This document shows positions 22,245 through 35,171 of a stretch of DNA of 64,000 nt, in pieces (within the stretch, counting starts at the first letter, position 1; every line of letters starts with the position of its first letter). The notes under the pieces are model-generated. The model searched no databases and was not told the DNA's origin. It saw only the letters and a program-made list of their open reading frames with translations. Source of the stretch: Octopus vulgaris. Taxonomy: Eukaryota. The stretch lies in contig OX597842.1 of NCBI GenBank assembly GCA_951406725.2, positions 8,184,001-8,248,000 of the forward strand. The letters run 5' to 3'. Position numbers and translations under genes: made by a program.

Positions 22245-25200
22245 ACACTTGCAGAGTTTCCCAGCAATCTTTCCCCGTTATTTACTGTGGGTGGTCCCAC
22301 ACGCACTTCATCGATAGCGACGTGCACGCTGTCCATCTGGTCTTTTTCCGTCGCGCTCTGCCATGGCCAGTGATTGAATTCACGGCGCCAGACTTCATAT
22401 CGGCGGTTGTCGATTCCGGTGGTGTCCGTTTTCCCGTCCGGGTTGTCGCACCCCTCAGGTGGCATCATTGGTATGGCGGCCAGGTACTCGTGTTTTGCCA
22501 CACATAGCACTGTGAGGTGGCAATGCCAGCGGTGAAGCATCAGAGTTCGGCCGCTCACACTTGACGCTCATCGGGCGGGCATGGATCGTTATTCCTGTCC
22601 GGTGTTCTCCCGCTCCATGTGAATAACGCGGGATTATCGTTGTTTTCGGGAATGTCCCCGCAGGAGTCAGGGTGCTTCGGCTGCGGGGATGTCGTATCCG
22701 AGAATGTTTGTCTTCGTTTTCTGACTGGCTCACGTACTGGAAGGCGGGTCCAGTCGTCCCGAGCCCTCAGCCCTGCGATGGTTAGTGCAGGGTACTAAAA
22801 GCTCGATGCACGCCTTGCTTTGGGGAACCCATGGAGGGAAACCGGCGGGGTGGCCAACAAAATCGCGAGATGACGGTTGCGATAGGCTTCGGGAAATCGA
22901 TACCGAGGGAGGCCGATGTAAGGATCGAACCTCATCTGCTGGTTCTGACGATAACCTCTTAGTAGCAGCGCCCAAGTGTGGGCCACACTGTCTGATCCCC
23001 GCCCTTGGATCAACTCCTCAGCATATTAAACATGCAGAGCATCGCGGTTCTGCTCAGCAGCCTCATGAAACGCTTGTCATTGATGCACAGCCAGCGCCTC
23101 CTTGGCCTCGGTGCACCATGCGCCGCAGGCCTCTATTGGACAACCGAACACTCTTACCGGTACATCCAGCTCCCTATGGAGAAGCGGGATCAGCGGCCGG
23201 TACTTCCTCTCCGTCTTGCGCGCGGCGTCACGCAATGCTGTACCTTGCTTGTACCTGACAGTTACGTCCACGATGACGACTTCGCTAGAGCTGCGGAATA
23301 CTGGGTCGGGAATATACCTGGACCCTGATACTCGATAGATCGGTTCCCAGCCGGTCACCCAGCCATACCATTCAGCTTCCCTAGCCACCAGCCGGCATAT
23401 TCGTGCGTGCCTGGTCAGCCTCTGCGTTTTGAAGCGTGAGCACTGGCCACTGATGTGGGAGATCGTTTCTGACGCGCTTCTGCACCTCCTGCAGGTGCTA
23501 TCGCCACTGCCTCCACGAGTGAGGCCTTCGCGTGTGGGAAACGTATTGGTCCGCATCTTGAGTATCCCCAAGTAGCATTCCTCAGATATCCCACCCGGGC
23601 GCGTCAACCAGCTGCTTCCGATCGGGTCCGATTTAAAGGTAGCGGCACAAACACCCTGGACCGGTTGGGATTCCCACCTCTTGGCGTGCATGAGGCGGAG
23701 GTCAGGGGCGTATGGGTTGCCATCATCTCGGACAGATGGTAGATCGAACAGGGCGGATAGCTCTTCGTTCTTATAGGCCAGTTCTGCTGCCCGAACTATT
23801 ATTCGAACGGCGTCGTAATCGGAATTCAGTAGACGTAGATTCATACGAATCACGTTTTTCGGGATAGGCGTGCCAACTGACAGAGGCTTACACCCCGTCC
23901 CTTCTTGCGCTATATAGGAAGCTTTTCGTAGTCGAATCGGGGAGATGGAGCATCCTTCGCGCCCCGCCTCTTACAGCCATATCTAATCTCTCTAACGCTA
24001 CTTTTGAGGGCATCGCCTGCGTTAGCCCGTTAAAACAGACTCGGCAGGTAGTACTGCTGTAGCATCAGGAACTTCTGACGGGGCTTCAATGGAGCCCGGC
24101 ATAGTTCATCTATACATCGTGTTACGGTCTTGACCGATGCATCTCTGATCTGTGTCGACCAGGGGCCAGCTCTTACCCCTAGGTACGGCACGCTTTCATC
24201 CGGTTCGACTCGAGGCAGCAAACATCCCTCGAGTTTCGGCGGTGGCGACACGTTTACAAGGAAAGACTTTCCCCAGTTTCGGATGGAGAACCACGCGCAC
24301 TTGGCAACGTTAATGGAGAGTCCTACCGCGTGGTAGAACTCCGAGCAGCGATTTAAGAGGCTCTGTAGACCCCGGCTGGTGCCAGAGATTAGCACTAAGT
24401 CATCCGCGTATGCGAGGCCCGCCATGACCGCACCTCCGACCTGGAGACCCATATCGTCGGGCAGGGTCTCCATCAGCGGGTTGGTCGCGACATTGAAAAG
24501 GAGGTCTTCCTGTCGGACACCGCGCCTAATCTCGATAGGCGTGCTACTCTCGGTCCCAATCGTGAAGGTAGTGGTGCAGCCCTCATAGAGCTGCCCCACT
24601 AGTCGTATCAGGTGGCTATGAGAGCCGAGCCTTCTCATGCCCGCAAAAATGAAGGAGTGCGAGACCATATCGAAGGCTTTGGCGAGGTCAAGGAAGGCTA
24701 TCTCTAGCCCCGGGAGCTTAGGTCGTGCGTGCGTTGCCCCCCCGGATGTGGTCCTGTAGCCAGCGGAGCAGAAAATTATTCTCGCCACATCCATCGGCCT
24801 TAACGAAACCGCGCTGGGCGGGGTTGAGGACATGGCCTGGAGCATCCTGGCGGCCAGCACCTTAGTGTATAAGCGGTACACCGCGGAGCAGATCGTGAGC
24901 GGCTGCCAGTTGGACAGGTCATTTGGGCTTCCTGCCTTCTTACGAAGGAGGATCGACCTGCCACGCAACAGGACCCTCGGAACGCGTCCCGTTAGTAGTA
25001 GGCAATTGAATATGTTGGCGAGGACCGCAGGGTCGACTGCCCTGACTTCGCGAGGTGTCAGGCCATCGGGGCTGGCGGCTGAGGCCGGATCCATGCGTCG
25101 GCGGGCGATCTTTATCTCCTCCAAGGTGAACGGACACAGAATCGGGGTGTTGTCCACCATGGAGGAGGCCGGATAGGCGCCTAGATCGACCTCTGGCCCC

Positions 25201-26603
25201 GTTGAGAGCGAATAGTCGCTGGTATCGCGCGTATTGCTGTGCTTTTGCGCGTCTGCTCGATTTGTTAGGCCCGAAGCCGAATCTAAGATTCAATAGCCCT
25301 GCCTTGGCACCAGGGGCGGACTTCCTAGTCCTTTCACGGGCACCCACACGGCGCGATGCCATGTGGCCCACCCAATCCTCGACACGGTTCTCGAACTCGT
25401 TCCAGCTCGACTCTGAGCAGTCATCGCTGAGTGTCAGAAGGCTCTCAGCGAAAGACGATGCCCATGCGGAGTGACCTGGCGATGCAGCTCCACTGAACGG
25501 CTCCCACCAGTCTGAGCTGGCGGGCTGTAGCGGTGCCGTACTCCTCGCAGTTGTTATACCTCGCGCGGCAGCGGGGGCCTGTGGGACTTTCAGGCGATCT
25601 TTACGCAGATAGCAACGCTTGTCGCTGATCTGTTTTGCCGTTTTGTCCGGCAGCCAAGGGGCTATTCCCACATTGACTTGCTTACAACCCGCTTCAAGCA
25701 GCTCTTTTTCCTTTGTTAGGAGGATTTCTGTCTCCTCCTCCGTCCAGCACCCTCGCGGCGCTCTCCCTGTGGTGCGCGCGATTCGGGCGCGCTGTTCTCT
25801 CTTGCGCGCTATATCTTTCACGTAACTGGCGATCCTGTGCCTGTTCGCCTGCACAGGGTGCTTGTGCCGAAGGTGTTGTGACAGCCCGGAGGCTGTCCCG
25901 TAGGCTTGGCTACACCAGTCACATCCGTGCGGGAGTTGGTGCGTAACTAGTGCCGTTGGAACTGCGTTCCCCTTGCACTTTGCCGCATGGCATCTAACCG
26001 AGTGGAGGTGGCCGCTCTCGAGGCCGCAGCGACTACATCTGAAAACAGGCTTCGTATCGTGCCTGTTGAGAACGTGGAGCCCCCATTCGAGGGGGCCCGA
26101 GAAGTGTCGGGGGCAGAGTGGACACACAATAGAAATCGACGCGCATGGAATCTCCACGACGAACGCCTCGGCCGGCGGTTGGCGGGTCATTTCGCCATCA
26201 CCAGCCTCCCCCGCGTGCGTTCTGTCCTCAAGGGAGCGAGGGGGAACGGACATGGGAAGGTCGGCGGGAGTTGTTCACCACGGAGAACCAACGTATAGGA
26301 TGCTCATTCGAGGACAAAGCGTCCCGGTCTATCCCTGGAAACGGTAAGCGACCTAAAGCCGCTTCTAACTGACAAATTCTGTGGGTCTACCTGAATACAC
26401 CGAGGAGGGCAAAACCCTGTACCTACCTCAGGGGGAAGTAACTTTTCGCTGCGCCGTGGTCGCATCCCACTTCGCAACAGTACCTGAGGCCCTCCCCGGG
26501 ACCTCGAGGCCGCTAGCTTATCGACGCCTAGCTTCCGTATGAGACTTACCTTTTGTACTGACATCTTAAGTTTTCGACAGTTCCTCCGTGAACCCGAGCC
26601 GAC
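22245..26603 (-). mobile_element. R2 retrotransposon (R2-A-like: three zinc fingers plus Myb), near full length, frameshifted
   Basis: C2H2/CCHC/C2H2 fingers and Myb (WTEEETEILL...KQISDKR) in 24940..26253. RT with LDLAKAFD and LAYADDLVL. CRRC...HISGQC, RH and PD..D RLE motifs in 23077..23853. Confidence 0.92.
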
Positions 26604-26645
26604 GAGTCATAGTTACTCCCGCCGTTTACCCTCGCTTGGTTGAAT
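26604..26645 (-). rRNA. 28S rRNA fragment, upstream half of the R2 target site
   Basis: Minus strand ATTCAACCAAGCGaGGGTAAACGGCGGGAGTAACTATGACTC matches the conserved 28S sequence just 5' of the R2 site (1 mismatch to the consensus I recall). Confidence 0.92.
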
Positions 26646-26649
26646 CCTG

Positions 26650-26830
26650 GTTCAAAGAAACTAATTTTTAGTCCTAGTCCTGTACGTTATTCTGAATGGC
26701 CGTTCTCTCTCTTTGTCTTCCAGTCAAATACGCATGCTCTTTATATCAACGTTATTTGCATAACAAGTCCTCTTCCTCCATTTGTTCTCTTCATGTATAG
26801 GCAATCAATGTCACTATTTTCGCAGATAAG
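26650..26830 (-). mobile_element. R4/Dong/NeSL-type non-LTR fragment (post-RT region)
   Basis: Minus translation NSDIDCLYMKRTNGGRGL. Confidence 0.5.
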
Positions 26831-26921
26831 TTAAAATTCAAATTGGCTTTTTATATTTTTTAATCTTTTTTTTTACACACACACATACAATACATACATA
26901 TATCTACACACATACAATACA

Positions 26922-27290
26922 TACTCTTTTACTCTTTTACTTGTTTCAGTCATTTGACTGCGGCCATGCTGGAGCACCACCGTTAGTACTTATTCTATCG
27001 GTCTCTTTTTGCCGAACCGCTAAGTGACGGGGACGTAAACACACCAGCATCGGCTGTCAAGCAATGCTAGGGGGACAAACACAGACACACAAACACACAC
27101 ACATATACATATATATATACATATATCCGACAGGCTTCTTTCAGTTTCCGTCTACCAAATCCACTCACAAGGCATTGGTCGGCCCGGGGCTATAGTAGAA
27201 GACACTTGCCCAAGGTGCCACGCAGTGGGACTGAACCCGGAACCATGTGGTTGGTTAGCAAGCTACTTACCACACAGCCACTCCTGCGCA
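26922..27290 (-). mobile_element. SINE S1, near full-length, uninterrupted target site
   Basis: tRNA-like head with A box TGGCTGTGTGG and B box GGTTCAGTCCC on minus, internal (TA/CA) tract, (AAAAGAGT)n-like tail. Confidence 0.9.
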
Positions 27291-27482
27291 TATATCTACA
27301 CACATACTCATACATGCATGCATGTACATACACACTCATACTCTATACATACATATATACATACATACATATCAATCTATATATGCTCATACGGTTATAT
27401 ATAAGTACATATATGTATTTGAGTATCATGCATCTCAGCATGTATGTATGAATTTCTACATGTAAATGAGAGAAAGGGTTGG

Positions 27483-27951
27483 TTATAGAGGGGTACTCCT
27501 GAGTTGAATCTGTGTGTTACCCCATTCGGATTTATGGTTGAGGGTGGGTTTGTCTTCTTGTATGCAGACAGCTTCCGTGACCTGTCTCAGCATTGCATCA
27601 GTGGGATGTGTGGATAAGATGTTTAACTTAAGTCTCCCTAAGGAGCCCTTGTGGCAGTCTACAGCATGCTGATAGAAGATGGAGTTTGGTTTCTTTTCAA
27701 TGTAGTTGTCCAGGTGTTCTTTGAACCTGTCATTGATACTCCTAGAAGTCTCACCTATGTATGACGCTGGGTTAGTCACGCAAGCTCCTTTTTGGCACTT
27801 AATTTGGTATACAGCGCTCTTGGTTTTGCAGTTCACATGTGGGTTTGTAGAACATACTGTACAATTATTTTGACACGTAATTCTATCAAATGGATATGAT
27901 CGATATAATACAGATTTGATAGTCCTACCTGTCTTTTCTACAACTCTGATC
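27483..27951 (-). mobile_element. Penelope GIY-YIG endonuclease fragment
   Basis: AVYQIKC...YIGETSRSINDRFKEH...RQVTEAVCI...PTLN; truncated at the piggyBac TTAA. Confidence 0.85.
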
Positions 27952-28784
27952 TTAACCTTTTCGTTACTATATTTCTGACCAAAAAACACCGCTCATGAGT
28001 TTCAATTAAATTCTAAAATAATTATGAATTTAGACTAGTTTCATTAAACAACTCTAACTTTTTTACTTATCAACATATTAATGTGATATTTAGAACATAA
28101 TTGAAGAAAGAGTTCTTAATCAATTCCATTGCATAATTTTTGTCTCAAAGTGACTCTAATTACAGGCAAATCCAGGTAATTTGAGCAAAAAGTAAAAATA
28201 TTAAAACTTTGTTTAAACATTACCATAGAAAATCAGTCCTCAGCTAATATTTAATTGAGGTATGCAACAAAATTTTGATATAGAAGAATTGTGCACATCA
28301 CTAGATTATCAGTTGAATTTAATGCACAGAAGAACAGGTGTACCATAAAGGTAAAATAAACTGAAATATTAGAATTTGTTTTTGAAGAAAACTAGAAAAT
28401 TAAATACAACTGAATGAAATATACTCACACACATACATGAATACACAGGAACATGTATAATAAAGATTTACAATAGAAATTAAATCAAAACTTGTCACTC
28501 ACCTTCCAGCAAATTAAAATTACAGGTAAATTAAAATAAAAAGTTAAAACTAAGTAAATTTGAAAAATATTTATACAATCTAATTATACATATATACAAA
28601 CAATATTTACATTATATTTCTATCATGGAAAGTTGTAAAACATCCCACTCTACATACTGCAACCTGGCAGAATGCACATTGGAAGGACGTTTCAACTGGC
28701 CATCCACTGGGAGTTTTTCTTTTTTGATGTAGACATTCACGGCACTGCCGTTTGCGACCCCCGATTTTTTCTAATTTATGTAGA

Positions 28785-31700
28785 TCCTGTTTTGCTGCCA
28801 GTTGCAGTAGACATCTGCCAAGACGTCTCCAAACAAGTCTGGCATATGAAAATAAAGTTCGTAGGGCAGACCATCCAAGCCTGGTAACTTGTCTCTCGCG
28901 CAGCCTACCATCGCATCCTGTACGTCCGCAGCTGTGATAGGCCTTTCACAAGACTCCACCTCTCTTGCTGAGAGTCGTGGCAAGGCATGCAGGTAGGCAC
29001 TAAAGTCCACTCTGCGTTCTGACCCACCACTTGTCCCAAACAGTTGGGTGAAGTGTTGTTGAAAAGCCCCACACATCCTTTTAGGCTCGAGCAATTCGCG
29101 CCCCTGTTCATCTATAAGAGACTTGATGGTGGCTCTGTTGCCTCGTTGCGGTTCCAACTCCTTCGTTCCTCGGAGCACGCATCCTAGCTCTGACAACGCA
29201 TCCCTCGTGTTTGGCGTTGAGGTGTTGGTCGAGGGCCAATCTCGCCGCCAGCACGTTGGACGCGATGCCAGTTCTAAGTGCCTCTTCTAAAACCTTAACT
29301 AATTCTCCCTCTATTCTATTTTGGTCTAATGCTAGGGCTTTACTGTATCTGACTGATTCTGCTTTAATTGCTTTTTTTAGGGCATACCACCATCTGTTGT
29401 TGATGATGGTACCCGTCAAAGCTCTCTTAACTAATGTGCTGATCCGGTCCCTGTAAACCTGTTGTGCTGTAAAAGACGCGTTCAGTTTCCAGTAACCAGG
29501 ACCCTGCCTATGTGTCTTATCTAAGTCAAGTGTACAAGTCACAAACTTGTGATCTGTGTAACTGACTATATGAAATTGTGGACAACCTACACTATTTTTA
29601 TCTATTGTCCTACAGAATACTCTATCTAAGTATGATCTGGACGACCCGATGCGGTTACTCCATGTCCACATTGGCACATTCGGGTGGTCCAATCGGTACC
29701 TGTCAGACAGTTGGAAACGTCTGAGCAGGTCTTTGAGGCATTTGCATCCCCTTCTATTGCTATCTCTGCCCACGTAGTCTAGATGCGTGTCCAGGGTGGC
29801 ATTCCAATCCCCACTAAAAGTAAAGGACGAGACATTCCCATGAAAGACTCTAGACGTCGAAAGAAATCTGGTCGGCCTGTTAAGGACGGAGCATAAACTG
29901 CTATCAGTCGAAAAGCACACTCATTGCTGCCATCGACATCCAAAACGACCAGCCTACCCTCCGGGTCTAGGAAAATTGCTCTTACTTTGAGATCCAGACT
30001 CTTCCGGAGAAGCACCGCGGTGCCACCTCCGCCCATTCTCGGTAGACACAGAGGAAAATAAATGTTGAAATGTGTACCGAAACTGTGCTGGAGTGCCCGC
30101 AAGCTGTGGAGTCTGATCTCACTGATGGCTATGATATTCAGATTTAGTGACTTGATGTCATTTAACAGGTAGCTTTGTTTCCAAGGCGACCCCAAGCCAC
30201 GTACATTTATACTGCCTATTCTGAGCATGTTCCGATAAAAAATTGTGTTTTACACACGAAAAGAAAGTGCAAAAAAAGGAAAGAGAGAGAGAAAAGGTTA
30301 CTTGTTGTCCGAAAGTCCTTTGTTTTTCACCTCACAGTCTTCTTCCATGAGGTTTTTGTATAGTTTTTTCGATGAATACTTTTGAAATCTCCCTACTGCA
30401 TCAGGGTAAAGAGATTTCAGGGTGCTGTATGTGTTCTGTGTTACGTGTATTATTTTAATGTGTTGTGGTGGTGTTGTGCGTGGGTGGTTACTTGTTTTTA
30501 TGTCGTTTTCAGTTATGTTGGTGTTTGACCTAATGTGTTCCATTAGGTCGTGGTTGTTTGTGTTTATGGCTGTCAACATTGTTGGGGGGTTTGATGATGG
30601 TGTGTTTGTGTTGATGTGTTTGTTTTCTGTGGATGTTTTTGTTTCGGGAGTGGTGTATCTTCCTGCTTTGTTTGTTATTTTTTCTTTTCTTTTTTTTCCC
30701 CTTTTTCTTCTCCCCCCTGTGGCTATTTGCCAATCTTCCATGTCTTCGTCTAATGACAAATCAGACGAATCAGAGCTTGGAAGAGGGAAAATATTGGGGT
30801 CTATTGTAGACTGTGTTGATTTTGTTGTTGGTGTTGGTTGGTGAGCGTTTGGTTGTGGTGTATGCGGTTTTGGAGGTGGGGTGTGGGTATTTTGTGTTTG
30901 AGTGATTGTAGGTATTGTTGTGTTGTTTGGGGTCTCAATTTTGTGGGGATTTGGAGTTGTAATTGTTTCTTCATTTTCGCTGAGTGTCTTTTTGGCAGAT
31001 GTCCTTGGTTTGGGAGTTGGTTTATTCTTGGTTGTTGTTGTTGGTGATGTTGCTTCTGTTCTTGGTGCTGCAGTTGGTGTGGTTGTTTGGTTGGTGAGGT
31101 TTGTTCATACAAAACGTGGTGTGGGTAGTAAACCTGGTTTAATTGTTTTTTCCGGCTGCTGTTGTTGTTGCTGTTGTTTTCTTGCGGCAGATTTGCAGTC
31201 TTTTTTTTAGGTGTTGCTCACTGCCGCATATGTAGCAACGTGGTCTTCTGCCATCGACAACCACATACAACTTGTGGTCTTCTGATACACATTATCTGGG
31301 TGGGTATTTTTTTTATGTCTTCTTGATTTACGTGTAGTAGAAATTCTACTTTTTTTCCCACCCAGTTTTTGTGCCCCGTGACCGTGGTTTCCAAAATTGT
31401 GAAATTTGTCATTTTTACACATAAGGCCTTTACTAGCCATAGATTATTGGCTATTTTGGGGACATTGTTTAAAGTGATCTTAGTCACTTTCTGTCCCCGA
31501 TAACTTGGTGTTAGTGTAAGTTCATCTGAATGAAGAGTTAGCGTTGAGAAACGTCTTGCTAACTCTTCAGTGTGGAAAACCACTTTTATGTGGGCGAACT
31601 TGTTCCACCAAGTCACATAGTCTTTGTAGTTGCAGATGGGTTTCAAGCATTTTTCTATTTTGCTTGTGTTAGCCTTCTCTGGGCTTTTTGTTTTCTTATT

Positions 31701-34040
31701 AATTATTTTATAAATAATTGTTCTTTTTTTTTCATCTTCCAATATTTCTTCTGGTATGTTTATCTTCACTATACCATCTAATTCTGTTACTGTAATGTTT
31801 GTGTCTTGTATTTGTTGAGCAGTAAAATATACTGTTTAATTGTTTTTTCCGGCTGCTGTTGTTGTTGCTGTTGTTTTCTTGCGGCAGATTTGCAGTCTTT
31901 TTTTAGGTGTTGCTCACTGCCGCATATGTAGCAACGTGGTCTTCTGCCATCGACGACCACATACAACTTGTGGTCTTCTGATACACATATCTGGGTGGGT
32001 ATTTTTTTTATGTCTTCTTGATTTACGTGTAGTAGAAATTCTACTTTTTTTCCCACCCAGTTTTTGTGCTCCGTGACCGTAGTTTCCAAAATTGTGAAAT
32101 TTGTCATTTTTACGCATAAGGCCTTTACTAGCCATAGATTATTGGCTATTTTGGGGACATTGTTTAAAGTGATCTTAGTCACTTTCTGTCCCCGATAACT
32201 TGGTGTTAGTGTAAGTTCATCTGAATGAAGAGTTAGCGTTGAGAAACGTCTTGCTAACTCTTCAGTGTGGAAAACCACTTTTATGTGGGCGAACTTGTTC
32301 CACCAAGTCACATAGTCTTTGTAGTTGCAGATGGGTTTCAAGCATTTTTCTATTTTGCTTGTGTTAGCCTTCTCTGGGCTTTTTGTTTTCTTATTAATTA
32401 TTTTATAAATAATTGTTCTTTTTTTTTCATCTTCCAATATTTCTTCTGGTATGTTTATCTTCACTATACCATCTAATTCTGTTACTGTAATGTTTGTGTC
32501 TTGTATTTGTTGAGCAGTAAAATATACTGTTTAATTGTTTTTTCCGGCTGCTGTTGTTTTCTTGCGGCAGATTTGCAGTCTTTTTTTAGGTGTTGCTCAC
32601 TGCCGCATATGTAGCAACGTGGTCTTCTGCCATCGACGACCACATACAACTTGTGGTCTTCTGATACACATATCTGGGTGGGTATTTTTTTTATGTCTTC
32701 TTGATTTACGTGTAGTAGAAATTCTACTTTTTTTCCCACCCAGTTTTTGTGCTCCGTGACCGTAGTTTCCAAAATTGTGAAATTTGTCATTTTTATGCAT
32801 AAGGCCTTTACTAGCCATAGATTATTGGCTATTTTGGGGACATTGTTTAAAGTGATCTTAGTCACTTTCTGTCCCCGATAACTTGGTGTTAGTGTAAGTT
32901 CATCTGAATGAAGAGTTAGCGTTGAGAAACGTCTTGCTAACTCTTCAGTGTGGAAAACCACTTTTATGTGGGCGAACTTGTTCCACCAAGTCACATAGTC
33001 TTTGTAGTTCCAGATGGGTTTCAAGCATTTTTCTATTTTGCTTGTGTTAGCCTTCTCTGGGCTTTTTGTTTTCTTATTAATTATTTTATAAATAATTGTT
33101 CTTTTTTCATCTTCCAGTATTTCTTCTGGTATGTTTATCTTCACTATACCATCTAATTCTGTTATTGTAATGTTTGTGTCTTGTATTTGTTGAGCAGTAA
33201 AATATACTGTTGTTTTTTTCTTTAATCGCCTCAGCGAAATTTGTTGTTGTTTTGTTATTGTTGTTGCTGGTGGTGATGTTGTTGTTGGCTGCAGTTTGTA
33301 AAATTGGTGTGTTTGGTTCAATTGTGCAAGTAGGAAGGGGTGGAAAATTATTTTCATAATTTATCCCTGTATTCGAGCAGCTTTTGTCAATTTGTTTGGT
33401 GGTTACAGTTTTTTGTTTATTCACTTCAGTTCTTGTTGTTGGAGTAAAACAGGTCTGAACAGAATTGTTGTTGTTGTTGTTTTTGTTGTTGGTGGTGGTG
33501 TCAGTGGCAGAAGCGACAGCCGAGGCAGCAGATGTCGAAATGGTGGCGCAATTTTTATTTTTGCTGTCATTGTTATTGTTGTTGCTGTTGGTAGTTGAGG
33601 TAGTGGATGAGGTGGTGGTGAAGGCGGTGGTGGTAACAGTAGAAGTCTCTATGTTGTTCTTGCTAGTGGCGGTGTTGGTGACAGGGCTGTTACTACACGT
33701 AGTAGTAGCGTTCATTGCAAATTCATTGATAATTTTACTTTGCGCGCAAAATTCTTTTTTTTCTCCTAGCGTTTCCGGTCTAGGAGAAAGCTGGTCAATA
33801 AAGGAACGTGACCATCATTCTACAATACAATTTCTTGACATTTTGAAAATGTCTAGAAAGAAATTACAAAAATTAAATGGGGTTGAAACTGCCCCTAGGG
33901 GCGAATTCCTTCCTTGGAAAAGCACTCAAACGAAAGTTGGGTGCCTTACACACCTTATTTACAAAAATGTACACAAAAATTAGGCTATAAATAGTCAAAA
34001 TAAACGATTACCTTTGGAGTTGAAGTGACAGCACGTCTGT
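28785..34040 (-). mobile_element. Tx1-clade element family E (5' UTR, ORF1, APE, linker; truncated at the RT start), nested in piggyBac
   Basis: ORF1 with Thr/Asn-rich N-terminus and CYICGSEQHLKKDC. ORF2 MLRIGSINVRGL...GPGYWKLNAS...PGLDGLPYELY. The 5' end reads AGACGTGCTG next to a (GATA)n tract. Confidence 0.88.
31137..33211. repeat. Three tandem ~695-bp units inside family E ORF1
   Basis: aattgttttttccggctg recurs at 31141, 31838 and 32533; ORFs 31218, 31787 and 32482 are near-identical. Confidence 0.95.
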
Positions 34041-34829
34041 AGATGGATAGATAGATAGAGAGGCAGGCAGGCAGATCTCTCTCTGGCAGGCTTTGCTTTT
34101 CCTTCCTGCAGTTATTTTTTTTGAGGAATATCCTGCCCTCAACTTAATTGCTACATCTGCCTGGAACTGCAGATGGTCGCACCGCTTGCGAACCCCTCCT
34201 GATTTGGTATATAATATAAATGCATTTACAATGCTCATGTTTATTATATACCAAACCAGGTATCGCCACCATTTATTACCCGGTCTACCAACCGGATAAT
34301 AACTCATCATCTGGTTCAGCCGATCCACACCGCCCATGTACCTGTTATAACCAAGGTTCACAAACAGAGTGCCATTTTCATCTATACATGGTTGTGCACT
34401 GGTAGATAGAAAATTTATCTGCCTCTTATCCCTGTATGCAGTCGCTAGCAGATTTCCTTTCTGCCTTTGGATTATTTCACCTCTTTTTTTAAATTTTGCT
34501 TTTTTTATATCCAACGGCAGCCCTTTTCTACTAGCAATTACTGTAGAACACGTATACGTTGCCACGGCTTCTAAATCCGCCGCAAGTTTGACCGAACTGA
34601 AAAATCGGTCAAAACATAATATTCGGTCCTGGTTATGGTATGGAAGAGATAAATTCCAGACCACATCGTATCCTAGGCCGTGCTGACTAACATTATTGTC
34701 TCTTTTCCCTGTATAGAAGCTAAATCCACAGCAGTACCCACTTTTTGCTTCACATATTTTCCAAACTTTGATCCCCCATTTTGTGGGCTTTCCTGGCATA
34801 TACTGCCGAAAACGTACTCGGCCTTTATA

Positions 34830-35171
34830 GTTTCTTGGCTGCTTCCCATGTCAGGCTGGTGCTCCTGAGCTTGTCCAAAATGCTCTGTTTCCATGCCTGC
34901 TTCAGGCGTCCTCGCTTCCTTTTCCCCTGCGGGTTCCAGTCAAGTGCTTGTCGTGTCACATTTGAGGGTTCTTTCCACAGTGTGTCCAATCCATCTCCAT
35001 TTCCTTTGTCTAATCTGAACATGTATGGGCTCCTGGCTGGCCCTTTCCCACAGGTCGGTGTTTGGTACTCTGTCGAACCACTTCAGATGGAGGATCTGCC
35101 GGAGACATTTGTTGATGAAGGTCTGGATCTTCTTGTAGTTGCTGCAGGTAGCTCTCCATGTTTCAAGTTCC
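34830..35171 (-). mobile_element. RTE-type LINE 3'-region fragment inserted in the piggyBac catalytic motif
   Basis: ETWRAT...KIQTFINKCLRQIL...RKWRWIGH, QALDWNPQGKRKRGR; near-identical to 39347..39688. Confidence 0.8.

Noticed and set aside
26604-26645. A functional rRNA gene or rDNA unit
   Set aside because: Only 42 nt plus ~20 nt of 28S; the flanks are other transposons.
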